64,000 bases of DNA from Cyanophora paradoxa CCMP329 (taxonomy: Eukaryota > Plantae > Glaucophyta). A program made the position numbers and the translations under genes. Shown here piece after piece: positions 12,413 to 25,999 of the stretch (position 1 is the stretch's first letter; each line of letters begins with the position of its first letter). Location of the stretch: NCBI GenBank assembly GCA_004431415.1, contig QPMI01000434.1, positions 342,278 to 406,277 on the forward strand, given 5' to 3'. The notes under the pieces were generated by a model. It was given only the letters and a program-made list of their open reading frames with translations. It did no database searches and had not been told where the DNA came from.

Positions 12413-14613
12413 GGAGAAAGAGAGAGGGGGGGGGGGGGGGGCGCACCCTGCTTTCCGTAGAAGTGCAGGTCGCCACGAATGGAGCCCCGGGAGCCCGTGA
12501 AAGAGAAGAAGGGGAGCGCCACGGGATGGGGACGTTCACGCCCACCTGCGACCGCGACTCGTCTTCGGACCAAAGCCGACTGCATGCCTGGCAAGGGGTA
12601 GAACCGGACCTGGCCCGCGTCCACCTCGTGCTGGAACTTGCGGGCCGTGGCGCCGCTGCGGGTGAAGATCGCGGTGCCGTTGCCATACGGGTTTGCGTTG
12701 ATGATCCCGATCGCCTCATCGATCTGCAAGTACCTCAGCTCGGCAAAACTTCGAGAAAGGGAGCCCGCCGCACTGTATCGGCTCTCATAACGCAAAGAAC
12801 AGGTCCGAAGATCTGGAGGAAAGTCAGCAGGGCAGAAACCGGGGGTGGCCAGGGCAGCGGGCGCCTCCTCCGTGTAACACTCCATCGAAGGCGTGACGTT
12901 CGCGAGGATTGTGGGGCCCACGAAGTTGCCCCGCTCGTAGCCCGGCACGACCACGCCGCGGCCGTCGAGGGCAAGCGTTGCGCCGGCCTTGACGCCCCCC
13001 TCAACAAGGTCGCTCACCCGCTTCTTCGCCTCGGGCGAGATGAGCGGGCCGACGTCTGCCTCGGGCTCGTGGCCGGCGTTGACGCGCAGGGCCTTAGCGC
13101 GCTGTGAAGTTTTGAAGGGTCAGTCAGGTCAGTTCCAGCATGAAAACAAGGGGCAGCATTCGAGCACCTGAACGAGCTCAGGAAGCCAGGATTGAGCCTC
13201 GCCAACTAGAATAAGCGTCGAGAGTGCCATGCAGCGCTGCCCGGCCGCCCCGAACGCCGCCCCCACGACCGCGTTCAGCGCCTGCTCCCGGTTCGCGTCC
13301 GGCATGATCACGCCGTGGTTCTTGGCTCCGAGGTTGGCCTGCACACGCTTGCCCGTGGCCGTCCCGCGCGCGAAGATATGTTCCCCGGCCTTGTTCCCGC
13401 CCACAAACGAGATCGCCTTGATGTCAGGCGCGTCGCAGATGAAGTTCACTGCGTCCTGCGCCCGAACTCTGTACAGGGCGTACGGAGGGCTACAGAGGGC
13501 CGCGTCTCGTACGTGGGTCCCGTGGATGATGTTGAGGACCCCCGGGGGCAGGCCCGCCTCCGCGGCCAGCCGCGCGAGCAGCATCGACGTGTTCGGCACC
13601 CGCTCCGAGGGTTTCAGCACGAACGTGTTGCCCGTCGTGACCGCCATCGGGAACATCTGCATTCTCGACTCAAGAGCGACCGTGAGAGGAAGCCAAGAGC
13701 GACCGCACCCAGAGTGGAATCATGGCGGGAAAGTTGAAAGGCGCTTGGGAGAGGGCGGCGTCAGCAGCGCCGCCCTACGCATTAAGAACGCAGCGCACCG
13801 ATGCCAGCGCAGACCCCCAGCGGCTGGCGGTAGCTGTACGTGTCCATGTTCCGGCTCACGTTCTCGACCGTCTCGCCCATTGACATTGAAGACATGCCGC
13901 ACGCCACCTCGACCACCTCTGCACGAGCTCGGGCCGTGAGAAGGTGCATGCGCGAGCGAAACCGGTGCCCGAACGCGCACCGAGACCGCGGGTCACGTCT
14001 CCGCGAGCGTCCGCGAGGGTCTTCCCCTGTTCCTTAGTTACGCAGGCGGCCAGCTCGTCCTGCAACGGGCTGAGCGCGCGTACGCCAATACAGAGAGCAT
14101 CCACACCAGCCTCAGCGGACCATATTTTGACGGATGAGTTGCTGCAAGTTGAACATGACGCGCGCGCGAGCCATTATGGGCACTTCATGCCATGTCTTGA
14201 ACGCCTCCTTCGCCGCCGCTACCGCCGACTCCATCTCTGCCTTCGTGCTGATCGGAACGCGGGAAACGACTTCCTGCGTCGCCTGCGGGAAGAGAAACGG
14301 CGGGCGCATGCAAATCAAACCCTTCGTTGTGTGCGCAGGCGTGCAGGAACGGCGGGCGCAGGAGAGCGCAGAGCACACTGGGTTGTGTACGTCGATGTAC
14401 TGCGTTGCCCTGGACTCGACGAACTCATTGTTGATGAAGAGCTTCAGAGTAGGCTGCGCGGGCAAGCTGGTTCACTTGCACGCAGGCTCTTGTCAAGCAG
14501 AGGGGACGTACGGGGCTGGCCGGCGCCGCCTTTGCCACCGCAGCCGTCGCCATCCGCTTGGAGATGAGCACGGCGCAGGTCAAGCGGCTCTTCGCGCGGG
14601 CGCAGGTGTACAT
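12150..14613 (-). CDS. ALDH6A1: Methylmalonate-semialdehyde dehydrogenase (ALDH6), multi-exon
   Basis: [81 protein letters not shown]. Both ends approximate. Confidence 0.93.
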
Positions 14614-14760
14614 GTCAGGCTGCCGTTCGAATTGGGCGCCGAGCTCGCGGCTGCCCGGCCGCAGCTGGAGAGGTCCGGTCCTATAAAGGAGTGTACCCGT
14701 CGATCGAGCGCACCGCTGCGCACGGCTGCGCACCGCTGCGCACTGTTGGACAGCTACGAG

Positions 14761-17700
14761 ATGCGGAGGAGGAGCGGCGCCGCGGAGGTCGCTGCCCTGT
14801 TGCTTGCCGTCCTGGCGGTCGCCGCCGCGCAAGCGCCGACAATGACGTCGGTTCGTCCGGGCCCCAACGCTTCTCCTATGCGCTCTATCCAGAACGAGCC
14901 GATTGCGGCCCTCTACGTCGCACCCCGCCGCGATGTCGCCGGCAGCCCACTTGTCTCTCGACGCCCGCTCGGCGGGCGCCTACGTCGCATGCGTTGCAGT
15001 GTGATTGGCCTCCTCTAGGGCGCCGCTTGACGCTCATGCGGCGCTGTCGCCTCTAGTTCTTGGGGCGGGCTGCTGTCGTACGAACCGAGCGCGTGCTGAC
15101 CGACCCACGCCAGAAACTCATTGACTCGCCGCTGAAAACAATTCGCTTTCTGCCGTGCGTGTCGCGTTCTGCACGTGGGTCGGTCGATCTGGTTCTGACG
15201 GGTTCTCTTGCGCAGCTCGCCCGGCTTTGACGTGAGCTGCTTGCACCTCAACCTGCTCTGCGTGCCCGGCGGCTGATCGCTATGATACGCGCAGCTCACA
15301 TTCGCGCGGAGTCAGCGGAATCAAGTCTATCGCAGTTTGGACGGGGGCATCACCTGGACCAACGAGATGGCACGCATCTTGGACGACGAAGGGCAGGAGG
15401 CCCAAGGAATCAGCGCCATTTGGATCAACCCCATCGATTCGAAGCGGGCGCGCGGACTCCCGCCGGCTTCGCGCCCGGCGGCGCGCTCGGCCCCCTTGCC
15501 TTATCGTGCGCCTCACCGCCGCAGATGTTCCTCGTGGGCTACGGCACTACCCACTGGCTGACAATCGACGGTGGCGAGAAATATGTTCCGATCCGCACGT
15601 CCCTCCACATCCAGTCTCTGCGGTGGCACCCGCGGCAGGTGGACTGGGCGCTCGCCTCCGTCATCGCTTCGTCCTGCTACGGGGAGGCCGGCCCGATGCC
15701 CCCCTCGGGCGGCGAGGGCTGCAACATCCAGCTGCACCTCACGCAGGTTCGCCGGGCCAGGCGAGCGCACGCGCCGGTGCCTCGCTGCCCGCCCGAACGC
15801 CTCGCAGGACGCGGGCCGGACCTGGCGGCAGGTCTCCTCCTACGTGATCGGCTTCTCGTGGGGCATGCCAGACGCCCCCAACTACTCCGATACGCTCGCC
15901 TTCGTCTGCGGGACGAAGGACGGCTTCCGCAAGGGCAACCAGGACTTCTCGCAGTGGGACATGAACGCCGAGGTCCGCCGCACGGACAACCTCTGGAAGT
16001 CCGAAGGCACCGCCGTGCCGCGTGCGCCTGCGCCCAAGCCCCGCACCGCTCCGATGCCCTTCCTGACCCCCGGACTGCCTGCAGACGGCACTGCCTTTCT
16101 GTGGGTCGAGAGATTCCTCTTCGTCGGCCTCGTGCGCTAGCCCTCCGGGCGGCACGCGCTCTGCCCGCCCTCGCCCGCCTCACGCGCGCCCTGCCCCTCC
16201 GTCGCGCCGCAGCTCAACCCGCTGGAGCCGCAGGAGATCAAGCTGAAGGTGCGGGGTGGTGGGATCGATGGCTGTTTCCGCGCCCCGCGGCCTCCTCAGC
16301 GCGGGGAGCAGGTCAGCCGAGACAACGGGAAGACCTTCGACGATGCGCTCTTCCCCTTCAGGCTGAGCGAGGCGGGGTACACGGTCCTGGACACGAGCCA
16401 AGGAGCCGTCTTCGTCTCCGTAGCCCACTCGTGCGAGCGCGACAGCGGCAACGTCTACCTCAGCAACTCCGCCGGTGCAGCGGGTCCGCGCGGAGGCGCA
16501 ACCCGGGGGCCTCACCTCCTTCGCAGGAAACCGCTACAGCCTGGCAATCCGCGGGGTGCCGAGGAACGCAGTCGGCAAGACCGACTTCGAGAAGGCGAGC
16601 GGCGCCGGTACTCCGCCCCTTCCCTCTGTGCTGACTTTGTGGTTCTCCGCGCCCAGATCAAGAGCCTCGAGGGCGTCTATGTGGCCAACACGTTCGGGAG
16701 CGGCCGCCTGGGCCCGTACTTCCCCCCGGAGGGCGGGCAGGAGCGGCGCCGCCCGCTCCGCACGCGCATCTCCTTCAACAAGGGGTCTTTTTGGATGAAG
16801 GTGCGGCCGCCCTTTGTCGACGCGAACGGCGCGCCGTATGTGGACAGCGACGGCACGCCCTGCGAGTCCGTCTGGAAGAACCCTGAGAACGTTCCCGAGG
16901 TGCCCGACGATCTCGAGCCCCCTGCCGCTCTAGATCTCCTTAGTTCCCTCGCGCAGGACTCGGAGTGCCAGCTGCAGCTCCACATGGCGGCGGAGGGTGC
17001 GCCGCTCTCACGGCGCTGACTGCGGGACCGCCGGCCGGCCGCGGCCTCTGAAGCCGGCTGCAGACAAGTATGCGCCGATCTACTCGCACCCGAACGCGAC
17101 GGGCATCGTCATCGCGACGGGCAACGTGGGCTCCTACCTCCAGGACCGCGACGAGCAGGCGCGCCTCGCCCTCGCCCCGAGCCGGCGTTGCAGCGCGCCG
17201 CGCGCGAGCCCCGGGCCCGCGCAGGTCAACACGTTCCTCTCCCGCGACGGCGGCCTCACATGGTGCGGAGCCTGCAGGGAGACCGCAAAGCGTTTTGAGC
17301 GCTGAGGCTTCTTTGGCAGGACGGAGATCGCGAAGGGGAGCCACGTGTACGAGTTTGGGGACCACGGCTCGCTTCTCGTCGCTGTGCCCAACCTCGTCGC
17401 CACCAAGACCCTCAAGCGCGCCCCGCCGGGCCCGCGCCCCGCGCTGCGGCCGGACTGGGCCCGTCTGACCGACTCAAACGGCCCGCTGCAGGTACTCGTG
17501 GGACGAGGGGAAGACGTGGCGCAACTTCGACTTCAGCGACGTCGACGTCTCCGTCGACAACGTCGTCGCATGTGCGCGCTCCACCGCTTGCGCTTTCCTT
17601 CGTGCCCTGATCCCCTGCAGCGCCGCACGCGGTGGAGAGCGATTTCGTCCTGTACGGGTCCCGGGGCGCCCAGGCGAGCCGGCCCGCCCCTTTGCTGACG

Positions 17701-19605
17701 CCCGGGCGCCGTTGAGTGATCCCCGGCACCCCAGGGCGTCATCGTGCACGTCGACTTCTCCACTCTGCACATGCGCATGTGTACGCGGGATCGCCGCTGT
17801 TCCATTACAGCTTAGCGTGCCGCGCTTCTCGGCCGACCGCGCCGCGCAGGCAAGGGCGTGGACGCGCCGAACGCCCCGGACTCGGACTACGAGACCTGGA
17901 CTCCGGGCGCGCACGACACCGAGGTGCGGGCGGGCCGCGCCCCTGCACCCGGCTGGCACTCACGCCCGGTTGCCGGCAGTGCGTGCTTGGCCACACGATC
18001 ACGTACGTGCGGAGGAAGCGGGACAGCGAGTGCGACAACCCGGAGACCCAGCAGCGCAAGGCGCGGCGCCGCCCCTCGCGCCCCTCGCCTCGCCCCGCTC
18101 AGCGCCCGCCCGCAGATCTCGCGGAAGACCTGCGCCTGCACCGAGGCGGACTTCGAGTGGTGCGCCGCGTCGTGGCCGGCGCTTCTTGAAGTCAGCGCTG
18201 ACTGCCTTCCAGCGCGTACGGGTTCGAGCGGGACTACGACCAGGGCCCCTGCAAGGTTCCTTCTGGCTCTGCCCCCGCGCCCCCCGGACCGCGCGCCCAC
18301 GCGGCATCCGTGCAGCCGCTGTGGCCGGTGCAGAACAACATCCCGATCGACTGCCCGGACGGCTCCACCTTCTTCGTCACCAACGGCTACCAGGTCCGCT
18401 CCGCGAGCCGAGCCAGCCCACACGCGTCCAAGCCGACCGAAGCCAAGTCTTAGCCTAGTCGAGCTCTAATCGCCCCCTCTCACGTCGAGGGCGGTGGCAG
18501 CGGGTGGCGGGGGATACGTGCGACATCAACGACCCGAGCGTCTCGAACGAGTTCCGCCGCATCCACGAGCCCTTCTCGACGCAGGTGCGCCCATGCAGAA
18601 CAGAGCAAGGCCGCCGGGCTGCGCTGGGCTCTCCATTTGCCTCGATTGAAACGCCCGAACCCCTTATCTTTCGCCCCCGTCCTCACCGCACTTGCGGCGC
18701 AGTGCCCGACGCGCGGCGGCCACGGCTGGCTCGTCTTCCTAGTCGTCTGCTGCGTCCTCGGCGCCGCCGCCGCCGCCGGCGCATTCCTCTACCGCTACCG
18801 CAACTCGGACAGGTCGGTCATTCTCACCCACAACCCTCCCCTCGTCCTCTGCCTCATCCCGCGCGGCAGTCTGGGCGCCGTGAAGGAGCTCTGGAGCCGC
18901 TGGGAGGCAAAGCTGGGGCAGGCATCCGCCGGCCGCTTCTCCCGCGTCCGCTACTCGGGGTCCGCTTGTATTGACTTGAAGCAAACGCCGTATAACAAAG
19001 CTAACATTTAGCGTCGCCATCCCGGTGCAGGCTGAGCGGGGCGGAGGGGGCGGAGGGCCTGCTGGACGACGACATGGACGCGGAGGCGAGCGCGGAGCCG
19101 CTGCCAGAGCCCACCTCGAGCAACGCCACGTGCGCCCCCGCGTTCATTCCCTGCTTCAATCCGCGCTGCGCTGCGCTGCGCTGTGCTACGCATGGTGGGC
19201 TGACGTGAAAGCAGGTACTCCTTTGCCGGCGGCGCGGGCCGCCGGCCGGGCCAGCAGGCCGCCCCGACGGTCGCGAGCCTGTCCGCGGCGGCAGCGGCCG
19301 GCGCCGGCTCAGGCCCCGCGACCGCAAGCCCCAAGGCCCAGCCGGCCGGAGCCGCAGCGGGGGCCTCTTCCCTCTTCGACATAGGCGACTTCGGGCAGCT
19401 GACAGCGGCGGCGGCCCCGGGGCCCGCGCCCCCCCTACCGCCCCCGCCCCGGACGAGGCCCGCCGTCGCGGGGATGTCGATGGCACCCGCGGCCGCGGCG
19501 GGGCCCTCGGGACCCCCGGCGCCGCCCTCGCCCCCAAGGACGGCCATGCCGCCCGCGGGGGCCAGCCTTCTCGACGACGACGTGCTCGGGAAGGGCTCGA
19601 GCTGA
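14761..19605 (+). CDS. VPS10: Vps10p-domain sorting receptor (sortilin/VPS10), multi-exon
   Basis: Signal peptide; Asp-boxes (SLDGGITW, SRDNGKTF, SRDGGLTW, SWDEGKTW); YEFGDHGSLLVAV; 10CC module (CVLG..YVRRKRDSEC, CACTEADFEC, GDTC); TM segment WLVFLVVCCVLGAAAAAGAFLY. Confidence 0.88.
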
Positions 19606-19877
19606 GGGCCGCACTGCGGCACAGCGCACGCTCCCGAGTCCTCCTCCTCCCCGCGCAGGCCTGAATTGCGCCTGCCCCTGTAATATCTCCTGCAGATTCT
19701 AGAACTTCGGAAATTCAGTTACTCTCAGAGGCCAGACATTACCTGCAAATCATCATGGCATCATCTCCATGTACACTTTAGAATGCAAAAATCCAAGTTC
19801 GGGACTGAATTCGAAGTTGAGTGATCATCGGATGCAATTATACACGCTATTATAATTCGTAGCCGTAGCGGCCGAGG

Positions 19878-20692
19878 CTACGGCGCGGTCCATGGCCTGC
19901 TGCGCAGGAACGCGGCGGGCTCGTAGGCGGCGACCCCTGCGCACCCCGTGAGCGAGGGGTCCGCGCAGTTGAAACGAATGGTGCGGGTGGCGCACCCTTC
20001 AAAACGCGGATGGTCGCGCCTGGGCCGATGCCGAAATCTGATATGCACTTGATGCTGCCCAGCTCTATCCACAATCGACGGCCTTCGAACAGCATGATTT
20101 GCTGCGGCTGCTTGAGCTCGAATTCGCCTGTCGGAGCGATAAGTGACAAGAACGGGCGAGGGGGGCAAAGATGTGCGTACGTTCTATCAATTGTATAAGA
20201 TACATAATCGAGCAATGGCCTGTGATTTCGATCTTGATCTCCTTTGTGGGGGAAACTCTGCACGTGAAGCAGTGAGCTGCCGCACGCCGCAGCGCTAGCA
20301 GCCCCTCTGCGATGCGGCAGCTCACTTCTTCACTTTGCCGCCCTTCCCCTTGCCTGCACGTGAAGCAGTGAGCTGCCGCACGCCGCAGCGCTAGCTAACC
20401 CCTCCTCGATGAATGCACTGACCTTTTCCCTTGCCGCCTTTTGCCTCCTTCGCTTTCTTCAAGGCGGCAAGGGGAAAGGTCAGCGCATTCATCGGAGAGG
20501 GGGTAGCTAGCGCTGCGGCGTGCCTTATCAGCCTCGGTTTCAAGCTCGGGGATGTCTGCCGTCCGACAGCGTCAGAGCGCCCAGCTCAGGCACAGAGTTC
20601 ATATCTAAAGCGAACGAACCTGGTATAAATGACGGATTCGGCCCTATGACCGTGAGTGGTCCCTTCCAGACGCTGGTGCGCGGGCGGTCCAT
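19878..20692 (-). CDS. Small protein with Lys/Gly-rich linker and C-terminal ubiquitin-like domain, multi-exon
   Basis: Manual splicing gives MDRPRTSVWKG...KAKEAKGGKGKGKGKGGKVKKVSPTKEIKIEITGHCSIMYLIQLIE...QIMLFEGRRL...ISDFGIGPGATIRV. Confidence 0.55.
20378..20523. repeat. 63-bp inverted repeat (5 mismatches, 20-nt loop) across two introns and an exon
   Basis: Arms 20378-20440 and 20461-20523. Adjacent identical 42-bp direct repeat at 20258-20299 and 20354-20395. Confidence 0.9.
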
Positions 20693-21031
20693 CTTCTAAC
20701 GCGCCCCTCTGTAGCGACGCGCTGAGCGCTGACCGTCTCTCGCTTAGCTATGGATTCTGGCGGTTCGTCAGGCGAGCCTCCGCTGTCTGTTGCAGATCGC
20801 GAATCCTCGGCTTGCGAATCGTTCGTGCAGCGGTAGGACGTTCGTGGAGGCGTCTAGCAGCTGCTATGAATCTTTGTGCAGGGTGGCGCAGGAGCGGCCG
20901 AGGGAAAGCCTCTTTTGGATTGCGGTGCCTGGGTACGGCCGCTCTTCGTGCGCGACTCGGGAACGCGGCTGATTGAGTGCCGGACACACTCTAGCAGCGC
21001 AGAAAAAGAAGGACGCGCACCCCAGCGTTCG

Positions 21032-24010
21032 ATGGCGGCCGCGGCGGCTCCGCCGCCAGCCGGTCCGCCAGGCTCCGCTCCGTCCGCGCAGGCGCTTGTT
21101 TCGCGGGACGCGTTCCTGGACCCTGCCTTCGACCCCAGCACATTCGTCTCCGACCTGCGGAAGCATGTGCCCCTGGAGCAGCTCCGCAACGAGGTGCGTT
21201 CGCCGCCAACCCTCCAAGCGCGTCCGTGGCAGGGCTGACCGCGTGTTCCGCGCGCCGCAGCTCAACAAGCACTTCCAGTCCTTGCGGAATGAGGTGCGGT
21301 CGCTCTCGCTCATCGCTCCTCGCGGCCCGCTGACCCGCCCGCAGCTGCTCGAGCTCATCAACCGGGACTTCGACCAGTTCGTCTCGCTGTCGACCAACCT
21401 CGTCGGCGCGGACCGCATGATAGCGCAGCTAAAGCAGCCACTCAAGGTTCTGCGCGAGGACATTGCGGTGAGTGCCTCGGCGCGCATGGCCATCGCTGCC
21501 GCGGTCTGACTTGCCGGTTCGCGCGCAGGGCGTCCAGGATGCGGTGGTGGAGCAGATGCGAGCGCTGCAGGGCAAGCTGGACGAGCGCAAGGAGCTCGCC
21601 GAGCAGCGGTCGTACCTGCAGCTCTTCATCAACATCGCCACCGTCGTGCAGCACATCGAGGAGCGCCTGCGCTCCGACGAGTGGGAGGGCTCGGGCGGGG
21701 GGCGCCCCGCGGGCATCGACGACGTGCGCCGCTCCGCCCGCGGCCGGCCGCCCCCGGCTCGCACCTCACGCCGTCGCGCAGACGGGCTTCGACGTGGACG
21801 GGCGGGAGCTGGACGAGACCGGCATCATCGTGCCGGAGGGCTCAGCGAACAGGGAGCTGGCGGCAAGCCGTCTGATCGAGCGCGTGGCGAACGAGTACAA
21901 CAGGCTCGACTTCTACCTGAAGCGGGCCAAAGACTTGCCCTTCGCGCGGTCCCTCGACACGGTCCGCTCGCCTGGCCCCCGCTCCCGATCGCCTCCGACG
22001 CCGAGGGGCCGGCGGGCGTGCAGAGGGTGCTGTTCATCGAGAAGACGATCCGGGACAGGCTGGAGGAGACGTTCGCGGCGGGCCTGGAGAGCGGGGACCA
22101 GCAGGTCCTCTCCCACTGCCTGCGGGCCTTCGCCGCCATCGACGCGACCTCCCACGCCGAGAACCTCGTCCGCAAGCTCTGGGTCCAGCCCGCCATGCAG
22201 AAGGTCCTACCTGCCACGGCCCTGCGCCCCCGGCGCCCGCTCAGCCGGGCGCCGCAGATCATCCGGAAGGAGCGCTTCGAGCGGGCGAACGAGGGGCTCG
22301 CCGCCATCTACGACGACATCATCCGCTACGTGCAGGACAAGTTCGAGTGCGCCGCCGCGCCCTTGCGCCTCTCCCCGCGCCCTCGCTGCACGCTCGGCTC
22401 ACCGGCGCCGGCCCGGCAGCACGCTGATCGAGCTCACGGGAGGGGAGTCGGCGCAGTCGTCCTCGGGGGGCGTCCGCGGCTTCAACTTCCTGGCGAACAG
22501 CCTGTGGGCCGAGGTGGAGGAGGTGCTCTCCAACGCGACCCCCTTCGTCTTCGCGACGGGCATCCCGGACTCGTTCCACCAGAACTACCTCCTCTCCATG
22601 GCCTTCCTCGACCGCGTCGAGCGCTTCTGCAAGACGCGCGAGTCGGTGCAGGCGTTCCGCAACCACGCCGCCTACAGCCGCTTCCTCCGCCGCTGGGGCC
22701 TCCGCGTCTACTTCCAGCTCCGCTTCTACGAGGTCTCCTCCAAGCTCGACGCCGCCCTCTCCCGGGGCGTCGAGGTTCTCGCCTCGCCCTCCCCCGCCGG
22801 CTATCGCCTCGACGCCGGGGCCGCTGTGGAGGAGGCGACGGAGCGCTGCCTTGCCCCCGAGGTCTTCCTCCCCATGCTCGCCCACCAGTTCGCCAAGCTC
22901 GCCCTCCAGTGCATCGCCCGCTACAAGAACTGGCTTACGGCCGGCCTCCAGCAGGCCTGTCCCCGGCCCCGGCCCGGCCGACCGTTACCGCGGCGGCGCT
23001 GAGCCCCGGCGCAGGTGCTGAGCGGCGCCCAGTCTGGCGCCGCGGCGCCGCAGGCGGGGTGGGCCGCCCTCGCCCCCGAGCAGTACATCCTGGCGTACCA
23101 CGACACGGAGCTCCTCCTCACACGCGTCCGCCCCCGCCCCGCGCGCCTTCGCCCCGCCAGGCCGGCCCGCGACGTCGGCTCACGGCGCGTCTCGCGCAGT
23201 TCCAGTCGCGGGTCCCGGCGGCGCTTCGGAAGCGGATGGAGGCGCTCTCGGGCAAGCTCCCCGAGGACTTCGGCGAGCGTGCGCCCCCGCCCTCTCCCCC
23301 TTTGCGTCGCATCTTCCTCGCGGTCGACCGCCGACCGCAGGGCTCTGCCGGGAGTCGGCGGAGAGCGTGCGGGCAGTGCTGCCCGAGCTCTCCAAGATCA
23401 TCACGTCCCACGTGCTCTCCAAGTGCCTCGAGAACCTGCAGGCCGTGCGGGGCGTCACGGCCATGTACCGCATGACGAACAAGCCGCCGCCGACGAAGCC
23501 CTCGATGTACGTCGCGACGATTCTGCAGCCTCTGGGCCAGTTCGCGCAGGAAGTCGAGGCCTCCTCGCTCGTCTCGCGGGCCGTGCTGCAGTCCTGGACG
23601 CTCGCCGCCGTCACCTCCGTCGCGGACCGCTACAACGAGATGACCACGGAGCTCATCACGACCGTCCGCAAGACCGAGAGCTCCCTCAAGCGCCTTCAGG
23701 CCAAGAAGCCGGCCGCCGGCCCCGCCGCCCCCGCCTCCGCCCAGGCCATGGGCGACACCGACAAGGCCCGCCCCGCTTCCTTCCCCCTCTGGCCTTTCCC
23801 CACCCCTACCATTCCATCTCACGGCGCCTCGCCCCGCAGATCTGCCTGCAGCTGTACCTGGACGTGGAGGAGCTGGGGCGCCTGATGAAGAAGCTGGGCG
23901 TGGAGGCGGCGTCGCTGGCCTCGTTCGCCTCCCTCCACGATCTCGTCTACGCCGAGAGCGAGAAGTTCCTGCCGCTCCTCGCCCAGCAGGCTCCCCCAGC
24001 CGCCCCCTAG
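21032..24010 (+). CDS. COG2: Conserved oligomeric Golgi complex subunit 2, multi-exon
   Basis: FDPSTFVSDLRKHVPLEQLR..LLELINRDFDQFVSLSTNLVG, FATGIPDSFHQNY, RWGLRVYFQLRF, YRMTNKPPPTKPSMYV, DTDKICLQLYLDV. Confidence 0.9.
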
Positions 24011-24114
24011 CCAGCCGCCGCCCCCCGCGCACCGCATCTCGTCTAAGTACAGCTCACGTGTCTACGCTGCACGCATATTCACATCTCGCCTCGCCGAGTA
24101 CATTTAATCCGCGC

Positions 24115-25999
24115 CTACAAGCTCGGTGCGAGGGGCGCTGCCGCCGCCGCCGGAGGCAGGGCGGGGAACTTGTTCTCGACGAGGTAGCGGAAGCACTGCA
24201 TGATGTAGTTCTTCTCCTGCCGGATCTCTTTCGACAGGAGCTTCTGCAGCAGCGTCCGCGGGTGGGTCGGCGCCGGCGGCGGCCGCGGCGGCGCCGGCTT
24301 CGCCCCCGGCTGCGCAGCTGAGGTGTTAGGGCTGCGATGAGGAAATGATGTTACGCGAAAAGCACCTGGAGGTCGTGGGAGAAGCCGCAGCGGCCCCCGA
24401 GCTTGCAAAAGCCCCGCGCGAAGTACTTGCACGGCGGCCGCTGGTGCCTCCTCTCGCCGGCCTGCTCGGGGCGGCCCGGCGCCCGGCCCGCCGGCGCCGG
24501 CTGCTGCTTGCTGCTGTCGGTGCTGGTGCTTCCTGTTGGAGGGCGCAACGGCTCCGTGTGCGCTTCTCCGTGCCCGGCCGGGCCTGCCGGGGCGGGCGGG
24601 TGCACGGGACCGGCCTCCGGCCGGCCGCCCGCGTGCGGGACTTTCCGGGGAGACGCCTTGCAGCTCTCTGTTGATCCGTCGAGGTCCGTCAGGGAGCCCT
24701 CCACATGGGCGGGCGCATCCTTAAAGCTGTACTCCTCGGGCGCCCCGTCCGAGTCCCTCTCCTCGCCCTCCTCCCCGTCAAAAAAGTGCTCGTGGGACTG
24801 GCTGACTGCTGGCGAGTCCGGCGGCGGATGCGGGTGTGGGTGCTCGTGGGGGGGATGTTCCAGGGGCGGCGGCTGCTTGACGGACTCTGGGGGCGCCGGC
24901 TGGAGCTGCTGCGTCACAGGCGGGGTCGGCGCCCCGCCCTCCTCTCCTCGACCGCCGCCTAAAATCTGGGATCAGCGCAAGCTGAAATCATAAGAATGCA
25001 TCAATGACACCTTCGTAATGGTCGGGATTCCCGTGGTAGCCGCTATGACTGTAGCCGCCCCGCCCGCCCCGCTGCTGGTAGCTGCCGCCGCGAAGCCCGC
25101 CGCGCCCGCGCCATCCCCCGCGCCCCTCTTGGAGGAGGATGTGTGTCTGGTCCGGCTCGCGCTCGTGCTGGTGATGCTGGAAGCCGCCGCGCCCGCCGCG
25201 CCCGCGCCCCCGGCCGCGCTGATCGCGGTTGAAGAGTGGCCTGCGTGAGCGGTCGTCCACAATCTCTCCGCGAGCCCTCCTGTTCTCGTCTTCATGTTTC
25301 TGCGCCGCTCGCATCGTTAGCTGAAGCAACGCCTCGGCAAGCGATAGCGGCGTGCCTTGCGCTCCACGTTGGATTCGCTGGGCCAGTGCTTCCTGCGCTC
25401 TGCGCGCCATCGCTCGATTTCTTCCGGCGTGTCCAAGATGATCGGCTTGCGAGACGAGCTGCGTTGACGCTTTAGACGATCAAACGTGTCTAAATACGTG
25501 CCGCGCACCTCACGCCGTTGTGAGCGTCGTGGACGTGCTCGAAGACGACTTTCTTGGATGCGACGAAGCTACAGTCATCGCGAGGGCACTTCACATGCTT
25601 CGCTTTGTGCTCTTCAAGCTGCCGCTGCTGCTGGAAGCCGCGATCGCAGGCCTCGCAGAAGTAATTTTCCCTGCAAGCTCGCGTCAGAGCGAGCAGGCTC
25701 TCTCTGAAAAAACGCGCTCACGGCTCAGGTTCACGTGGCCGCTTCCGCTGCCCGTAATGCGGCGGAGGTGGGTACCCGCCGTACGTGTTGTGGTGCACTG
25801 GCGGATGCGGGGCGTATGGGGGCATGTACGCGCCCGTCACAGGCGCGAGCGACGCTCCGTACAGCGGCGGGGGCTGCGTCCCTGTTAAGAGCGCCAGGCG
25901 CGATCCGATCGCACGGCGCACCGCGGGCGTCCCAAGCAGGCCGTGTCCGCCCAGGTACATCGTGGGGGGAAGCGGCGGAGCGAACGGAGACGGGAACAT
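24115..25999 (-). CDS. NUFIP1: NUFIP1/Rsa1-like box C/D snoRNP assembly factor with CCCH finger
   Basis: DTPEEIERWRAERRKHWPS, CKYFARGFCKLGGRCGFSHD, LLQKLLSKEIRQEKNYIMQCFRYLVEN. Confidence 0.8.

Noticed and set aside
12300-12442. G/GA-rich run (G-quadruplex or coding repeat)
   Set aside because: Simple repeat inside an ALDH6 intron.
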